From: an uncultured Verrucomicrobiae bacterium | GTDB taxonomy: Bacteria > Verrucomicrobiota > Verrucomicrobiia > Limisphaerales > UBA11358 | Direction: 5' to 3' | Assembly (NCBI GenBank): GCA_963827815.1 | Contig: CAWHCL010000002.1 | Coordinates: 37,749 to 101,748 of the forward strand | Length of the DNA stretch: 64,000 bases | Part shown: piece after piece, positions 28,237-40,500 of the stretch | Position numbering within the stretch: position 1 is the stretch's first letter | Layout: every line of letters begins with the position of its first letter | Position numbers and translations under genes: made by a program | Notes under the pieces: generated by a model | The model's database searches: none | Told to the model about the DNA's origin: nothing | The model's input: the letters and a program-made list of their open reading frames with translations, nothing else

Positions 28237-29208
28237 TCACTTCGTCATACCGAACTCTTGCGCCGCGCTGCCGAGTTGATCCAACCTGGCCAGCAAATGG
28301 GGATGGGTGCTGTAGAGCGTGCGGTATTTCACGAAGAATTCGCCCCGATGCAGTTGCCATTGGTTCATTGCATCGTCAATGTTGACGCGACCGGCCAGTT
28401 GTGAACCCACAGTTGCGTTGATGACGGCAAGCTGGCTCGATTTCAAACTTCCAGAACAATACAAGCCAACGCGGTCGCAGGTGAATTCCGCCCGGCGTGA
28501 ATGCCAGAGGTTGACCCAGATCAACCATCCTCCCATGTTGGCGAGTTTCTGGGTGAAGTTCAGGTGTCCTGCCCAAAGATGTCCGAGTTCATGGCCGACC
28601 AGCCACGATAACTGCTTCATGTCGCCCTTTAGGAGAATCGAATCCACCGCCCCTGACAAGAGCACGACCATCCCCCGGCCAAAGATTTTTGTCGCAAAAG
28701 AATTCCACACGTTCTGTTGCATCACATAGACTTCCGGAATTTCCATTCCCAGGTTCTGGCAGCTCGCCTGCACGATGCGATAGACCTCCGGCAATTGCGT
28801 TTCCGAAATGCGCACGGCATTCGTCTTGAGATGGGCTGCGAACCATAGCCTGCCCATCAGATGCAACAGTTCAAGGATGCCGATGACGACCAACAGGATG
28901 CCAAACGTGCTGACAGTCCAAAGCAGCAGCAGTATCCACACCGGCACCGAAGCGATATAAAGCCACATCAGCGCCGTCTTCTCCTTGTGGTCGCGCAACT
29001 GCTCCAAGCTCACGGATACGGGCGGGAGTTCCATGACGGGTGGCACCGCGTTTTCGTTCATAAGGGATTCCAGCGGCACCCAATCCTCCGTGCCTTCAAT
29101 GCGCGCCGAAACAGTCCGCGACACATCGCCGCTGTATATTTTTTCCTGCAATTCATCCCTGGAGAAAGGCCCCGAAACCTGGCCGTCGTTATTGATCTGG
29201 ATTTTCAT
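28237..29208 (-). CDS. M48-family zinc metallopeptidase with N-terminal GYF_2 domain
   Basis: N-terminus NNDGQVSGPFSRDELQEKIYSGDVSRTVSARIEGTEDWVPLESL is GYF_2-like. TM helices follow. HELGHLWAGH is the HExxH site. Confidence 0.85.
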   Translation of the reverse strand: MKIQINNDGQVSGPFSRDELQEKIYSGDVSRTVSARIEGTEDWVPLESLMNENAVPPVMELPPVSVSLEQLRDHKEKTALMWLYIASVPVWILLLLWTVSTFGILLVVIGILELLHLMGRLWFAAHLKTNAVRISETQLPEVYRIVQASCQNLGMEIPEVYVMQQNVWNSFATKIFGRGMVVLLSGAVDSILLKGDMKQLSWLVGHELGHLWAGHLNFTQKLANMGGWLIWVNLWHSRRAEFTCDRVGLYCSGSLKSSQLAVINATVGSQLAGRVNIDDAMNQWQLHRGEFFVKYRTLYSTHPHLLARLDQLGSAAQEFGMTK

Positions 29209-29318
29209 GGTTGAGTAATTGTTGTTTGATCTGCCAGAAACTTCCCGTCCCGAACGCGCTTGAGGTAACTACCATCCGGTGCCCGCGCAATTTGGATTGC
29301 CAATTTTATCTACCAATC

Positions 29319-29354
29319 GGCAGAATCCGCCCGCCGCCAAATCTTGTCCAGTAT
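29319..29354 (-). repeat. Upstream motif family 1, copy 3
   Basis: ggcagaatccgcccgccgccaaatcttgtccagtat, 31/36 identical to 9700-9735. About 110 nt 5' of the M48 gene start (29208). Confidence 0.8.
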
Positions 29355-29362
29355 TTTTTTAT

Positions 29363-29392
29363 CCGCGAATTGCGCGAATTTGCGCGAATTTA
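29363..29392. repeat. AATTCGYG-type tandem repeat locus
   Basis: ccgcgaattgcgcgaatttgcgcgaattta, three units, directly adjacent to the family 1 motif, as at 9700-9807. Confidence 0.8.
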
Positions 29393-29512
29393 TTCCATGG
29401 TCCGGCAAACAGCAGATTTTGGAAAATTTTAATCAGCCCTCACGCTCCGTGTCCGATTGCATAGTTTGGGACAGTCATATAGCATTTCGTGGGTGGCTGA
29501 AACTCGAAATCC

Positions 29513-30745
29513 ATGACCCAATCCCACAACCGCAATTTGATCATCCTCATTTTGGGAGCGCTCTCCACCATCAGCCCGTTCGCCATTGACATGTATCTGC
29601 CGGCGTTTCCCCAAATCGCCACCGCGCTGCACACTTCCACCGCCCGGATTTCCCTCACCATTGCCAGTTACTTCGCAGGCATGGCTGCCGGCCAGCTCTT
29701 TTACGGTCCCCTGCTTGACCGTTTCGGACGCAAACTGCCGCTCTATTCTGGAATGATATTATTCATCGTCGCGTCAATGCTTTGCCTCTGCTCGCGCACC
29801 GTGGAATGGCTCGTGGCCATACGCTTTGTCCAGGCGCTCGGCGGATGCGCCGCTCAAGTCGCCGCCATGGCCATGGTGCGGGATTTTTTTCCCGCACGCG
29901 AAACCGCCAAAATAATCTCGCTGCTGATTTTGATCTTGAGCGTCTCGCCGCTGCTCGCACCCAGCGCCGGCGTTTTTGTGGCCGTGCACCTCGGCTGGCA
30001 ATGGGTGTTCATCGTGCTCTCCGCGTTCGTCCTCCTGATGCTGGCCGTTTGCTGGTGGCGGCTGCCGCAGGGACACCAGCCCGACCGCACCGTCTCGCTG
30101 CGGCTCCTGCCCACCCTGCGCAACTACGCCACCGTCCTGAAAGAACCGCAGTTCATCACCTACGCGCTCTCCGGTGCGTTCGCCTTTTCCGGCCTGCTCG
30201 TCTATGTAGCCAGCTCGCCCATCATTTTCATGGAAGTGTTTCACGTCAGCGCCCAAAAATTCGGGGCCATCTTTGCCGGACTTGCCACCGGCTTTGTCGG
30301 CAGCAACCAGATCAACATCTTTCTCCTCCGCAAATTTTCCAGCGAGCAGATTTTCCGCGCCACGCTGCTCGTGGAATGTCCCGTGGCGCTGCTCCTTTTG
30401 GCGGGGACGATTTTTGGCTGGTTCGGACTGGACGCCACCCTCGCGCTGCTCTTCATTTCGCTGTCGAGCCTTGGACTGGCCTACCCCAACGCGGCGGCAC
30501 TGGCGCTGGTGCCCTTTGAGCGCAACATCGGCAGCGCCTCCGCCATGCTGGGCTTCCTGCAAATCGGCGTCTCCGGCCTCGCCTCCGCGAGCGTCGGCAT
30601 ATTTGATTCACACACGATGATGCCCGTGGCGCTCATTCTGGCCGCAACCTCCTGGATCGGCTTTGCGATTTTGATGGTTGGCAAACGCAGCATCCCACGC
30701 TTGCGCTATATTGAGGAAAAGGACGCCAACCTGCTGCCCCATTGA
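29513..30745 (+). CDS. MFS drug-efflux transporter, Bcr/CflA subfamily
   Basis: 12 TM segments. LGALSTISPFAIDMYLPAFPQIA and GPLLDRFGRK are Bcr/CflA signatures. Confidence 0.9.
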   Translation: MTQSHNRNLIILILGALSTISPFAIDMYLPAFPQIATALHTSTARISLTIASYFAGMAAGQLFYGPLLDRFGRKLPLYSGMILFIVASMLCLCSRTVEWLVAIRFVQALGGCAAQVAAMAMVRDFFPARETAKIISLLILILSVSPLLAPSAGVFVAVHLGWQWVFIVLSAFVLLMLAVCWWRLPQGHQPDRTVSLRLLPTLRNYATVLKEPQFITYALSGAFAFSGLLVYVASSPIIFMEVFHVSAQKFGAIFAGLATGFVGSNQINIFLLRKFSSEQIFRATLLVECPVALLLLAGTIFGWFGLDATLALLFISLSSLGLAYPNAAALALVPFERNIGSASAMLGFLQIGVSGLASASVGIFDSHTMMPVALILAATSWIGFAILMVGKRSIPRLRYIEEKDANLLPH

Positions 30746-30783
30746 ATAAACGGGGAAAGGTCTCTGTTTTGCCCGGTGCACCC

Positions 30784-32169
30784 TTATTCGTAGTGCAACG
30801 CCTCGATGGGGTCGAGGCGTGACGCTTTCCAAGCGGGATAGTAGCCGAAGGTGATTCCTACGGTCACCGACACGGCGACGGCGGCGATGATTGCGGGCAC
30901 GGACAGCAACGTCGGCCAGTGCAGCAAAATCCTGACGGCGATGGATACGCCGCGCCCCAGCAAAATTCCGACGATGCCGCCCGCCAGGCAAAGCAGCACC
31001 GCCTCCACGAGAAATTGCCGCAGAATATCCCGCGCCCGCGCCCCCACCGCCATCCGCAATCCGATTTCCCGCGTCCGCTCGGTAACCGACACGAGCATGA
31101 TATTCATGATGCCGACTCCGCCGACGACCAGCGAAATCAACGCGACAATCAGCAGCAGGTTTGTCATCACGTGACTCGTTGATGCGAGCGCCTGCGACAG
31201 TTCGGTGAGGTTGTGAACCCGGAAATCGTCCATGATGCCGGGTTGATTTTCCAGCGGGCTGGGTGGGATATGATGCCGTTCGCGCATCAGGACGGTAACC
31301 TGGCGGACGGCCACCGGGATGTCCTGCGGCGTGTCGGCGGACATCCAGATATCGTCCATGTCGGCGAACCGCGTGATTTGGGGCGTATCCACTGCCTGGA
31401 TCGCTGATTGCTGCGGATAGAGCTGCACAGATTGGTTCGGATAAAGCTGGTTGATGCTATTGACGCCACTGGCCGCGGCGGCACCCGCGGACTGGGAGGA
31501 TTGCCGGACGCCGTTCACGCGAAACTTGATGGTGGTCCAGGGAGCAACAATGAAGTCATCCTGATCGCGCCCCATCATGTTTGGACCTTTCGCACTCAAG
31601 ACACCGATGACTTTCATCCCGACGTTTTTGACGCGGATTTCCTTGCCGACGGGGGATTCGGCGCCAAACAACTGCTTGACGATGGTCTGCCCGATAACGC
31701 AGACGGCGGCGGAACTGCGAACATCCTCGTCTGTGAACTGTTCGCCCTCGACCAGCGGCCACTGGCGGATGACCAAATATTCCGGCGTTGTCCCGAGGAC
31801 ATTGTTCGGGCTCCAGTTTTTGTTCTGGTAAATGATCTGGGCGCGGCAGTCCACACTGGGGGCGACCCATTTGATGGCGCTGCAATTTTCGCGGATGGCA
31901 TCCGCGTCCGCCGGCGTAACGGTTGATCCTCCGCCGGCGCCGGAATTGACGCCGCCAATGGTGATGTTTGCGGGATCTATCTGGATGACATTGGCGCCCA
32001 GGCTGGAAATGGTCTGCTCGATCGAATGGGAAGAGCCTTGCCCGATTTCCATCATGGCGATGACAGCGGCGATGCCGATGATGATGCCCAGACAGGTCAG
32101 CAGCGAGCGCATGACGTTCCGGCGCAAGGCGCGCAATGCCATCCGCAATGTCAGGTGAATGGAATGCAT
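30784..32169 (-). CDS. MacB-like ABC transporter permease (MacB periplasmic core + FtsX domain), no ATPase domain
   Basis: ORF trimmed to ATG 32169, 4 nt after the adaptor-gene stop. [27 protein letters not shown], a large periplasmic loop, and C-terminal [13 protein letters not shown]. Confidence 0.9.
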   Translation of the reverse strand: MHSIHLTLRMALRALRRNVMRSLLTCLGIIIGIAAVIAMMEIGQGSSHSIEQTISSLGANVIQIDPANITIGGVNSGAGGGSTVTPADADAIRENCSAIKWVAPSVDCRAQIIYQNKNWSPNNVLGTTPEYLVIRQWPLVEGEQFTDEDVRSSAAVCVIGQTIVKQLFGAESPVGKEIRVKNVGMKVIGVLSAKGPNMMGRDQDDFIVAPWTTIKFRVNGVRQSSQSAGAAAASGVNSINQLYPNQSVQLYPQQSAIQAVDTPQITRFADMDDIWMSADTPQDIPVAVRQVTVLMRERHHIPPSPLENQPGIMDDFRVHNLTELSQALASTSHVMTNLLLIVALISLVVGGVGIMNIMLVSVTERTREIGLRMAVGARARDILRQFLVEAVLLCLAGGIVGILLGRGVSIAVRILLHWPTLLSVPAIIAAVAVSVTVGITFGYYPAWKASRLDPIEALHYE

Positions 32170-32173
32170 GGTG

Positions 32174-33493
32174 TCAACGCCTGATGACTGACGGCAGGAA
32201 TGGATTCTTGGTTGCATCCTGGGATTTGGCGGACGCCTCGCCAATGACCACTTCCCGCCCTTCCTGCAAACCGTCAGCCATCACGGCTGTGTCCGCGCCG
32301 TCCGAAGTGCCGGCCTTCACCACCAATGGCCGGACAAAATCGCCCTCCTTCAACCAGATGACGCTTTGGCTTCCGTGTGCGCCGCCAGCATCGGAGGGAT
32401 TGTTGCCGTCTGGCGGAGCAACCGTATCAGGAAAATGTGCGCCAGCCACGATTTCCCTGGGCGACGATGGCGACCAGCGCAACGCGGAGTTGGGAACCAG
32501 AAGCGCATTGGATTCCTTTTGCACGATGAAATGAACGTTGGCGGTCATGTAGGGCAGCAATACATTGTCCGGATTTTCCGTGTTCACCTCCACCGTGTAC
32601 ATCACCACGTTTTGCGACATTGTGGCGTTCAACCGCACCTTGCCGACCGACCCGCTGAATTCCCTGCCTGGAAATGCGTCGCAGGTAAAGGTCACCGGCG
32701 CACCCGGCTTGATCCGCGCGACGTCCGCCTCATTCACCGAAACCCAGATTTGCATCCTAGTCAAATCTGCGGCTATGAGGAACAGGCTCGGCGCGTTGAG
32801 GCTGGAAACGACGGTCTGGCCGATGTTCACGCGCCGGTCAATGATGACGCCCTTGACCGGCGAAGTGATGATGCAGAAATCCAGGTTTCGTTGCGCTCCA
32901 TCGAGCGAAGCCTGAGCCTGCACCGTGTTCGCCCTAGCCTCTGCGAGCGCCGCATCCGCCACGGAAACACCGGCCTTGGCCACCGCGTAATTGGCCCTGG
33001 CAGTGTCGGAATCGGAGATCGCCATCAATTTGGAATCCGTCAATGATTGCGCGCGATTCCAGTCGGCTTCCGCTTGCACGAACTTGGCTTTGGCCTCTTC
33101 GACATTGGCGGCGGCGCTCAGTTCACCGGCCTTGACTTGTGCCACTTGCGCATTGGCCACGGCAAGGGCGGCGGCATAGACCGAATCGTCAATCTTTGCC
33201 AGCACGGCCCCCTTCTCCACCACCGAATCGTAGTCAATCGTCCTGCCGGTTATGTCCGTGCCGAAAGAAATGATGCGCCCGGCCACTTGTGCGCCCACAT
33301 CCACAACCTCGACCGGTTCGAGGGTTCCCGATGAGTTGATGGTGGCGGCCACATCACCACGCCTCACGACCGCCGTGCGAAACGACAATTGATTGCCATC
33401 CCTTTTGTGCCACCACCACAGGCCAAAGCCGGCCGCGAACACCGCGATGACAATCCAGATGGCGGGTTTATTTAATGCGAACCATTTATTCAT
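32174..33493 (-). CDS. Efflux periplasmic adaptor subunit (HlyD/MacA family)
   Basis: N-terminal TM helix, an Ala-rich coiled-coil hairpin ([39 protein letters not shown]), [18 protein letters not shown], and a beta-barrel C-terminus. Confidence 0.9.
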   Translation of the reverse strand: MNKWFALNKPAIWIVIAVFAAGFGLWWWHKRDGNQLSFRTAVVRRGDVAATINSSGTLEPVEVVDVGAQVAGRIISFGTDITGRTIDYDSVVEKGAVLAKIDDSVYAAALAVANAQVAQVKAGELSAAANVEEAKAKFVQAEADWNRAQSLTDSKLMAISDSDTARANYAVAKAGVSVADAALAEARANTVQAQASLDGAQRNLDFCIITSPVKGVIIDRRVNIGQTVVSSLNAPSLFLIAADLTRMQIWVSVNEADVARIKPGAPVTFTCDAFPGREFSGSVGKVRLNATMSQNVVMYTVEVNTENPDNVLLPYMTANVHFIVQKESNALLVPNSALRWSPSSPREIVAGAHFPDTVAPPDGNNPSDAGGAHGSQSVIWLKEGDFVRPLVVKAGTSDGADTAVMADGLQEGREVVIGEASAKSQDATKNPFLPSVIRR

Positions 33494-33894
33494 CAGTCAA
33501 ATTCCCGGGGAAGTACTGCGAGTTGATTATTTGCCTTGCATGTCGGGCTGGCCGAACATGGCGGCGATGTCAGCAAAGTAATGAAAATACGACTGTTTTC
33601 ACGGCTTGAAAGCTACATATTAGCGGGCGGTTGACCAATGAATTTTTTGTCATAATGGATTGAACATACTCATTCCACCGAGAAGAAGAATCGTCCGCCT
33701 TCCCCTTGAAACGGGACACATCATCTGGCTTATATTTCCGAACCGTGTGGGAATCCTTGGGAGAAATTTCAATCTGCCTTCATCAGATTTCGATACGACA
33801 AGCCCATTTTATTGGACGGGTCTTTGCAGACAGCCACCAATGCCATCCTTTCAAGCGCTTTAGCCGCCAAGTCGCCAAAGGCGCAAAGCAGACA

Positions 33895-34137
33895 TCAGGG
33901 ACGCTTAAGAGCCGCAATATACAAGACGCCAAGGAAGGTGCCGGCAAGGTTCCCCAGCTTGTTGTTTTCTGCCAGCGTCTGTTCCGGTGTATTGGGGCCG
34001 GCTGGAACCGGGGTCGGGGCCGGGGCGGCAGCCGCTGTAATTGGGGCGGCAGCCGCTGTTTTGTTGGCCTGCTTGGACGTCTGGCATCCCACGAGCAATG
34101 TCGCGGCGACGAATATGACTGGAATGATGTTGCGCAT
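33895..34137 (-). CDS. Small lipoprotein, Ala/Pro-rich
   Basis: MRNIIPVIFVAATLLVGC has a lipobox. 80 aa with a hydrophobic C-terminus. Confidence 0.55.
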   Translation of the reverse strand: MRNIIPVIFVAATLLVGCQTSKQANKTAAAAPITAAAAPAPTPVPAGPNTPEQTLAENNKLGNLAGTFLGVLYIAALKRP

Positions 34138-34395
34138 AATAGAGTGATTTGACCTTTAATACTGCTTTTCCGACTCTCCCTTTCGAGGTTCAGAAAATCA
34201 GATTTGCGAATCTAGTCAACTATTTTTCATCACATAATCGGGGATAATGCATTTGACGGAAGCCTGCTGAAGGCCGGACCGGAGGGCTGCCGGAAATCGG
34301 ATTGTGGAATGGAAAGCACCTGGCGGTTAAAAATCCGATTTTCCACCAAAATTTACCAGGTTGCGCGCTCCGTTCAGGATTCCGCCGCACGTCTG

Positions 34396-35566
34396 TCATT
34401 GAGGCTGCACTGGTGGCGCGGCCGGTGCCGGCTCGTTGGCGAGCTTTTGCATGTCGGCATCGAAGGCGACACCATCGAACGGAATCACGACGACCTTGCT
34501 GCCATGAGGCATGTTTCCGGCATCCTCCTCCTTGGGAATATCAATGCTGGCCAGGGTGACCGCCGCCACGTGGCCGTTCTCAATATACACGCCCGGGCGC
34601 TCCATCTTGTTCCAATGGTTGACGGTTCCGTCCGTATAGCGCACAAAGTCAGCCGTAGGATCGTAAGCCAGTCCCCGCAACGTCCAGTTGTGGATGCCAT
34701 CAGTTGAAGTCAGGTGGTAGGCCTTGCGGGCGCTCCAGCTGTTGACCACGATGTGATAAAGGCCGCCGCTGAACCATACCACCGGGTCTTCCAGGTTGCG
34801 AACCGGCTTGCCGTCAATCGTCCTCGGATAAACACTCGGGCCTTGAACCGCGTAAGGCCCCATCACTCCGTTGGTGCTGATCAAAACCAGACCTGACCGC
34901 TGCACGATCTCGAAGTTGCCATCAGGCCGGACCATGATGCTCATGTTGGAACCCAGCCGCCGGCTGTTGCCGCTGAACTGGTTGGTGGTGAATGTCATCG
35001 GCCCTTGAAACTCCCAGGGACCATCCAGCGACTTGGAAATGTAGATGCTGCCCGGCCGGGTCTCGCTGATGAGCACGGCATAACGTCCATCCGGCAAAAC
35101 CAGCGCCGTCACGTTATGTCCCCTGCCCGCCACACCATTGATCACGTCAGGCCAGACAAAGCCCTTGTCAATGTAAGGCCCAAATAGATTATCGCTGACC
35201 GCATAAACGGCTGACGAGCCGCCCCATCCGCCGTGGCCCTTGGACTGATCCCATCGGCTGGCGAACATGTAATATTTGCCGGCGGGCGACTTGATGATCT
35301 GCCCATCCCAATAATACCATTTTTTAGCGGCATCAGCCGGGGCGTTGTTGGTGTCCAAGCGGGAGATCCTTCAAGCTGGGGTCTTCCAGGCCGTTCTGCG
35401 GATCGCGCGGGAGGATGCCGGGGGCACCCCATGTGTTTGTGGTCAACGCGCCGATAATCGGAGTCGGCTGGAAATAATCAATGAACGTCTTGTCGGCGGC
35501 GAGCGATGAGACACCAACGCCAATGGCCAATGACATTACCGCAAGCAATTTGATTAAAACTTTCAT
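34396..35566 (-). pseudogene. GH43-like five-bladed beta-propeller glycoside hydrolase gene with one N-terminal frameshift
   Basis: The signal-peptide exon-like part, MKVLIKLLAVMSLAIGVGVSSLAA..APGILPRDPQNGLEDPSLKD (ORF 35333..35590), is out of frame with the body, DTNNAPADAAKKWYYWDGQIIKSPAGKYYMFASRW..LEDPVVWFSGGLYHIVVN (ORF 34396..35358). The shift is near 35351-35366. Family assignment is tentative. Confidence 0.7.
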
Positions 35567-35651
35567 GGAACTCATTCGGATACGCATCAATTAACAGTCT
35601 TCTTAGCCGTGCCATCTGCTTTGCAGACAACCCGGCGACAGGCGTGCGGTT

Positions 35652-37403
35652 TTACGCGGACAGAACACCATGGATTTTCAGCGCGACCGCGCTCGCGCAC
35701 GGCGGCCTGGCGGGCAACTGGACGTTCAGCCCATTCCCGTCCTGCGTCCATTTGAGCCTACCCCAGTGGCCGAGCAACGAGACGTGGGCGACCTTGCGTC
35801 CGTCTATGAGCGGTGAATTCGTCGCGAGGCTTTTGATCACCGCGCTGCGTGATTCGGGCCAGACCATGATGAATGCGTAAAGCGTGTCGCCCTTCATCGT
35901 GAAGCGGATATCGTCGGAAGTGTAAGCCCGGAAATCGCTCGCGCCGCCGAACCGGCTGCGCGGGCCGGGCTTGGAGACAGACGGGCCTTCGCCATAAGTC
36001 TTCCACGGACGCGTGGCATGAATGCCATCGCTATTGACATCCATCCAGGCGGTGAGTTCGGCAATAAATTTGAGTTCGTCCGCGTCGGGCACCCCGTTGC
36101 CTGGCAGCGGAATGCTCAACTGGAGATTTCCGTTCTTGCTGACGATGTCCACGAGCATCTGGGTGACCTGTTTGGACGTCTTGTATTTGTGCTGGTCGAA
36201 AAGGCTGCGCTGGTAATGCCAGTTTCCGATGCAGGTATCCGTCTGCCAGGGCAGTTCCTCGATACCTTCCTGGACGCCGCGCTCGCGGTCCAGAACCAGG
36301 GCGCGGCGTTGATCGGCGTTCAACCCCTTGGTGGTCATGACCGCCTCCAGCCTGCCGTGGCGCGCGATGCTGTTGTTGTAGAGATAGGCGGCGATGCGCA
36401 GGCCGATGTCGGTTGAAGGATAGATGGGCAGAATCGAGTCGTCGAAATACAGAAGGTCGGGATTGTATTTATTGATCAGGTCAATCACCCGGTTGAAATA
36501 TTTTTCAACGAATGGCTTTGCCAGCGGCGGATTCTCGCTCTGCGCCCAGGTATATTTGCCAATCGGATGATACTGCGCGTAGAGGTCCTGCGGATCGAGT
36601 CCCTCCCACCAAAGCCCCTTGCCGTCTTCCTTGGTCATCAGCCCGTCGTAAGGCACGCCAGCCAGCGGGCCGGTGGGGTCGGAACCTTGCGCGGCCTGAT
36701 ACCAGCTCCAGGCGCGGTCGCCGTGGGAAGTCACCGCCAGCCGCAAACCGGCGGCGCGAACAGCCTTTGCCCAGCCGCCAACCATGTCCTTCTTCGGCCC
36801 GATGGCGACGCTGTTCCACGGCTGATATGTCGAGTCGAAGTTATCGAAGTTGTCATGGTGATGGGCCATGGCCGCGAAATATTTCGCGCCAGCGCGCTTG
36901 TAAAGCTTGATGAGATGATGCGGATCCCAATCCTCGGCCTTCCATTGATGGATCACATCCTTGAAACCCATCTTGGAGGGATGCCCATAATGCTCGCATT
37001 GAAATTTATAGTCGGCGCTGTTGAACTGATACATTTTCTGCGCATACCAGTCGCCCATCTCCGGCTGGCATTGCGGACCCCAGTGCGCCCAGATGCCGAA
37101 CTTCGCATCGCGGAACCAGTCTGGCACCTGATAACCTGAGCCAAGCGATTCCCAGGTCGGCTGAAACGGCCCGGCGGCGACGCCAAAACCGGACGGCGCA
37201 AGAATCGGCTCCGGCGCGGGCGGGAGGACAACCGTCTGGGCGGGGGAAAGCGCGGGGGCTGTCGAAGCGCCAGCCGCCAGGGCATTCGGGTCGGGCGCGT
37301 TGGTATCGGCGGCGAACGACGGCAACATCGGCAGCGTCGCGGCGGCACCGGTGAACAATGCGGTTTGCTTGATGAAGTGACGGCGGGAGAGATGGTTTTT
37401 CAT
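35652..37403 (-). CDS. Alpha-L-fucosidase, GH29, Tat-exported
   Basis: Tat motif SRRHFIKQTALFTGAAA. WFRDAKFGIWAHWGPQ and YKRAGAKYFAAMAHHHDNFDNFDS fit GH29. Confidence 0.9.
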   Translation of the reverse strand: MKNHLSRRHFIKQTALFTGAAATLPMLPSFAADTNAPDPNALAAGASTAPALSPAQTVVLPPAPEPILAPSGFGVAAGPFQPTWESLGSGYQVPDWFRDAKFGIWAHWGPQCQPEMGDWYAQKMYQFNSADYKFQCEHYGHPSKMGFKDVIHQWKAEDWDPHHLIKLYKRAGAKYFAAMAHHHDNFDNFDSTYQPWNSVAIGPKKDMVGGWAKAVRAAGLRLAVTSHGDRAWSWYQAAQGSDPTGPLAGVPYDGLMTKEDGKGLWWEGLDPQDLYAQYHPIGKYTWAQSENPPLAKPFVEKYFNRVIDLINKYNPDLLYFDDSILPIYPSTDIGLRIAAYLYNNSIARHGRLEAVMTTKGLNADQRRALVLDRERGVQEGIEELPWQTDTCIGNWHYQRSLFDQHKYKTSKQVTQMLVDIVSKNGNLQLSIPLPGNGVPDADELKFIAELTAWMDVNSDGIHATRPWKTYGEGPSVSKPGPRSRFGGASDFRAYTSDDIRFTMKGDTLYAFIMVWPESRSAVIKSLATNSPLIDGRKVAHVSLLGHWGRLKWTQDGNGLNVQLPARPPCASAVALKIHGVLSA

Positions 37404-37598
37404 AGGATGGATTTTAGGCTAAATATTTTCCGGCAGATTTCTAGGTTTATTTTACCGGCAACATAGTCAGGCCCAAGGTGCGGAAACAGGGCCGGCCCTG
37501 ACCGGAGCCGGTTCGGGCAGGGAATATTTCATCGCTCCATTTTGGTAAATAATCCACGCAGCGCAACGACTATCTGTACGCGTGCCTGCAGCGGCAGG

Positions 37599-40500
37599 TC
37601 ACGGAACCTGGAGCAAATAGAAATCTTGCGGAGCGTTGGTGTCGAAGCCGTTGGTGAAGTTGAAATTACCATTATTATCGAACTGGTTCGTCAGCAGCCG
37701 CGTCCAGTTGGTCAGCGGCGTGACAAGGTTGGTGGATGTCAGCAGGTAGAAATTTGCGTTGCCCACGCCACCGGTGCCGGTGAACACCGACCCGTTGGCC
37801 GAAATTGAAATGGGTCCTATCGCCGGTTTTGTGATGGCGACCACCGACAGCACACCGGCGGTGTTCAGGTTGTTCGTGTTCCAAGCCAGACCGAATGGCA
37901 ACGGCGGCAAGATCACATTCGCAAACGCGCCGCTGTAACCCGTTGCATTGAACAGTTTAAAGCTGTCGCCATTGCCGAATGCCGTGCCGCCGATGTTGGT
38001 GACATAGAGCGTGCCGCCGTTCGTCAAAGCGCCGATCACATTGACGGAATCGTTCGTCAGCGGTGAATGCTGGACCTGAACGTAGGTCGTGCTGCCGGCG
38101 GACAGCGTGAGACTGTTACTGACGGTCAAGGCTCCCAGCGGATTGCCCGGTGCAAGCGCAGCACCGGAGTTCACGGCCACTGCGCCGGAGATGATACCAG
38201 TACCGCCCAGCGTACCGCCAGCCACGGTGACTGAACCGGAACCCGTGCCGCTGCCATTGGTGTTGTTGACCAACAAAACGCCACCGTTGATTGTCGTGCC
38301 TGCGCTGTAATTGTTGGTTCCGGTCAGGGTCAACACGCCCGAACCTGTCTTGACGAGTGCGACCGTCCCGACCGTCCCATCCTTGATGACACCGTCAAAT
38401 TCCGTGTTCGCATTGGACCCGCCAATTGTGTAGGTCAGGTTTTTCCCGCCGCTGCTGTTGTCACCCTGCATCTGCGTACCGGGACCGCCAATCAAGCCGC
38501 CCAAAGCAATCGCCGTTGTTCCCGTGCTGCGGACATTGGCCAGGGCCGTTCCATTACCAAAATTGAAAACGGCATTACCGTCCCCCGTCGTGCCGTTGAA
38601 CCGCAGCGTCATCGGCGAACTGCCCAGGATGAGATTTCCGGAACCGGTCATCGTACCGGTCAGATCGAACACAAGGCTGCCGGTGCTGACGAAGAGGATC
38701 AGCGTTCCCGGGTTGTTCAACGTGGCGATGCCGGTGCCACTGTTGCCGTTGCCGGTGATGCTGTTCGTGCCGTTCACCTGGACGTTCGGCAGCGAATTAG
38801 CGCTGATGACCGCCACGGTTCCGGTGTTGTTGAGCGCCAAAGTTCCGGTGGCAGGAATGGCCGCACCGTTTGAAAATACAATGCCGCCGCCATTCACAAA
38901 GGTGCCGCCGGTGTAGGTGTTCGTATTGGCCAATATCACGCTGCCGGCGTTGGTCTTGACCAGACTAATTGCGCCGGAAATGGCCGCGCCGCTCACGGCG
39001 TAATTAACGGTAGAATTGGCAAATGTGACGGAACCGGGAGCCACGATGGCCGCGATGACGACATTGGTGCTGACAGGAGAATCATTGAAGGAAACGTTGT
39101 TTCCACTGGTATAAGCCACAGGAGTGGCCCCATTGAGCCAGTTGGCGGTCGAGGTGTCCCACGCCGAACTGGCCGCACCGGTCCACACCAGTCCGGGCGC
39201 GGCATTTACGCTCGGGGTTGCGCTGACTTCGGAGGAATTTAGGCTGGTGCCGCTTGGACCCGTGGCAGCGACAACGTAATAATAAGTTGTGCCGTTGTTC
39301 AAGCCGATGTCGTTGTAGGTCAGGTTGGTCGTGGTGACCACGGTCGTGTTTTCATTTCCGCTGCTGGTGCCGCGTTTGAGGATATAGCTTGTGGCTCCAG
39401 ACGAGGCGGACCAAGTCAGCGTGATTTGTGAATTGGTTGGAATCGCATTCAAGCTTGCGGGGGCCGGCGGCGCTGTGCTGACGACGGCGGAATTGCCCGA
39501 GACACCGCCCGCATTCATCGCAACCACGGTGTAAGCATAGAGCGAGTTCAAGGCGAGGCCGCTGTCGGTGTAGGTGGTGGTGGTCATGCTCATGACATAA
39601 TTGCCGGGGAAATTGAACGGGCCGTTGGTGCTGTTGGCGCGATAGAGGATGTAACCGACGGCCCCGCTCACCGGCGACCAACTGATTGTCGGCGATTGGT
39701 TGGAACTGGTGATGGTGTTGCTGATCTGGACGTTGGTCGGCGGAGCCGCTGGTGGCGTAGGCACCGGCTTGGCTGTGACCGTTGCAGAGGCGGCACTGGT
39801 GCCGCCCGCACTCGTAGCGGTGACAAAATAGCTGTAAGTGCAGCCCAGTGTTCCCGACGCATCGGTATATGCGGTGCCAGTGTTGGTGTTGTTTAAGATG
39901 ATGTAAAAGGGAACATAACCCGTCGGCAAGTTGACCACCGTGCCGCGCTGGATGGTGTAATAATTTGCGCCTGCCGAGCCGTTCCAAGCAAGCGTCACGA
40001 CGTTGTTGGTGCTTGTGACCGTGAGGCCATTGGGGGTGGCAGGTACCGATGCGGAAAAACCGGAAGAAGGTGTCACACCGGAGCTTTGCGGGGAGTTGCC
40101 GCTCGCATTCACTGGATTCACCGATTGCACCACATAGTAATAAGTTGTTCCGTTGACGGCACTGTTATCCACATACGTCGCATTGGCCGGTCCGCTGCCG
40201 CAGACGGGGCCGATGACGCCGTTGGTCAGCGGCGTGTAGCCGCTGCCGGAAGTCGTCGAGCGGAGGATGTTGTAACTGGTGGCTCCGGGTGTTGCCGACC
40301 AACCCAATAGCACCGCGTTGTTGCCTGCATAAGCCGTCACGCTGGATGGCGCGGGCGGCGCATAACCTGTCAGCTCCAGCCGGAGGTAATCATACACCGC
40401 GCAATTGGCAAAATAACCGCCCTTGCGCATATTCAGGTTGATGGTGTTCTGCCCCGCTTTCAACAGGCTGGCTGGAAACGTGATTCGCTCGTCCGAAAAC

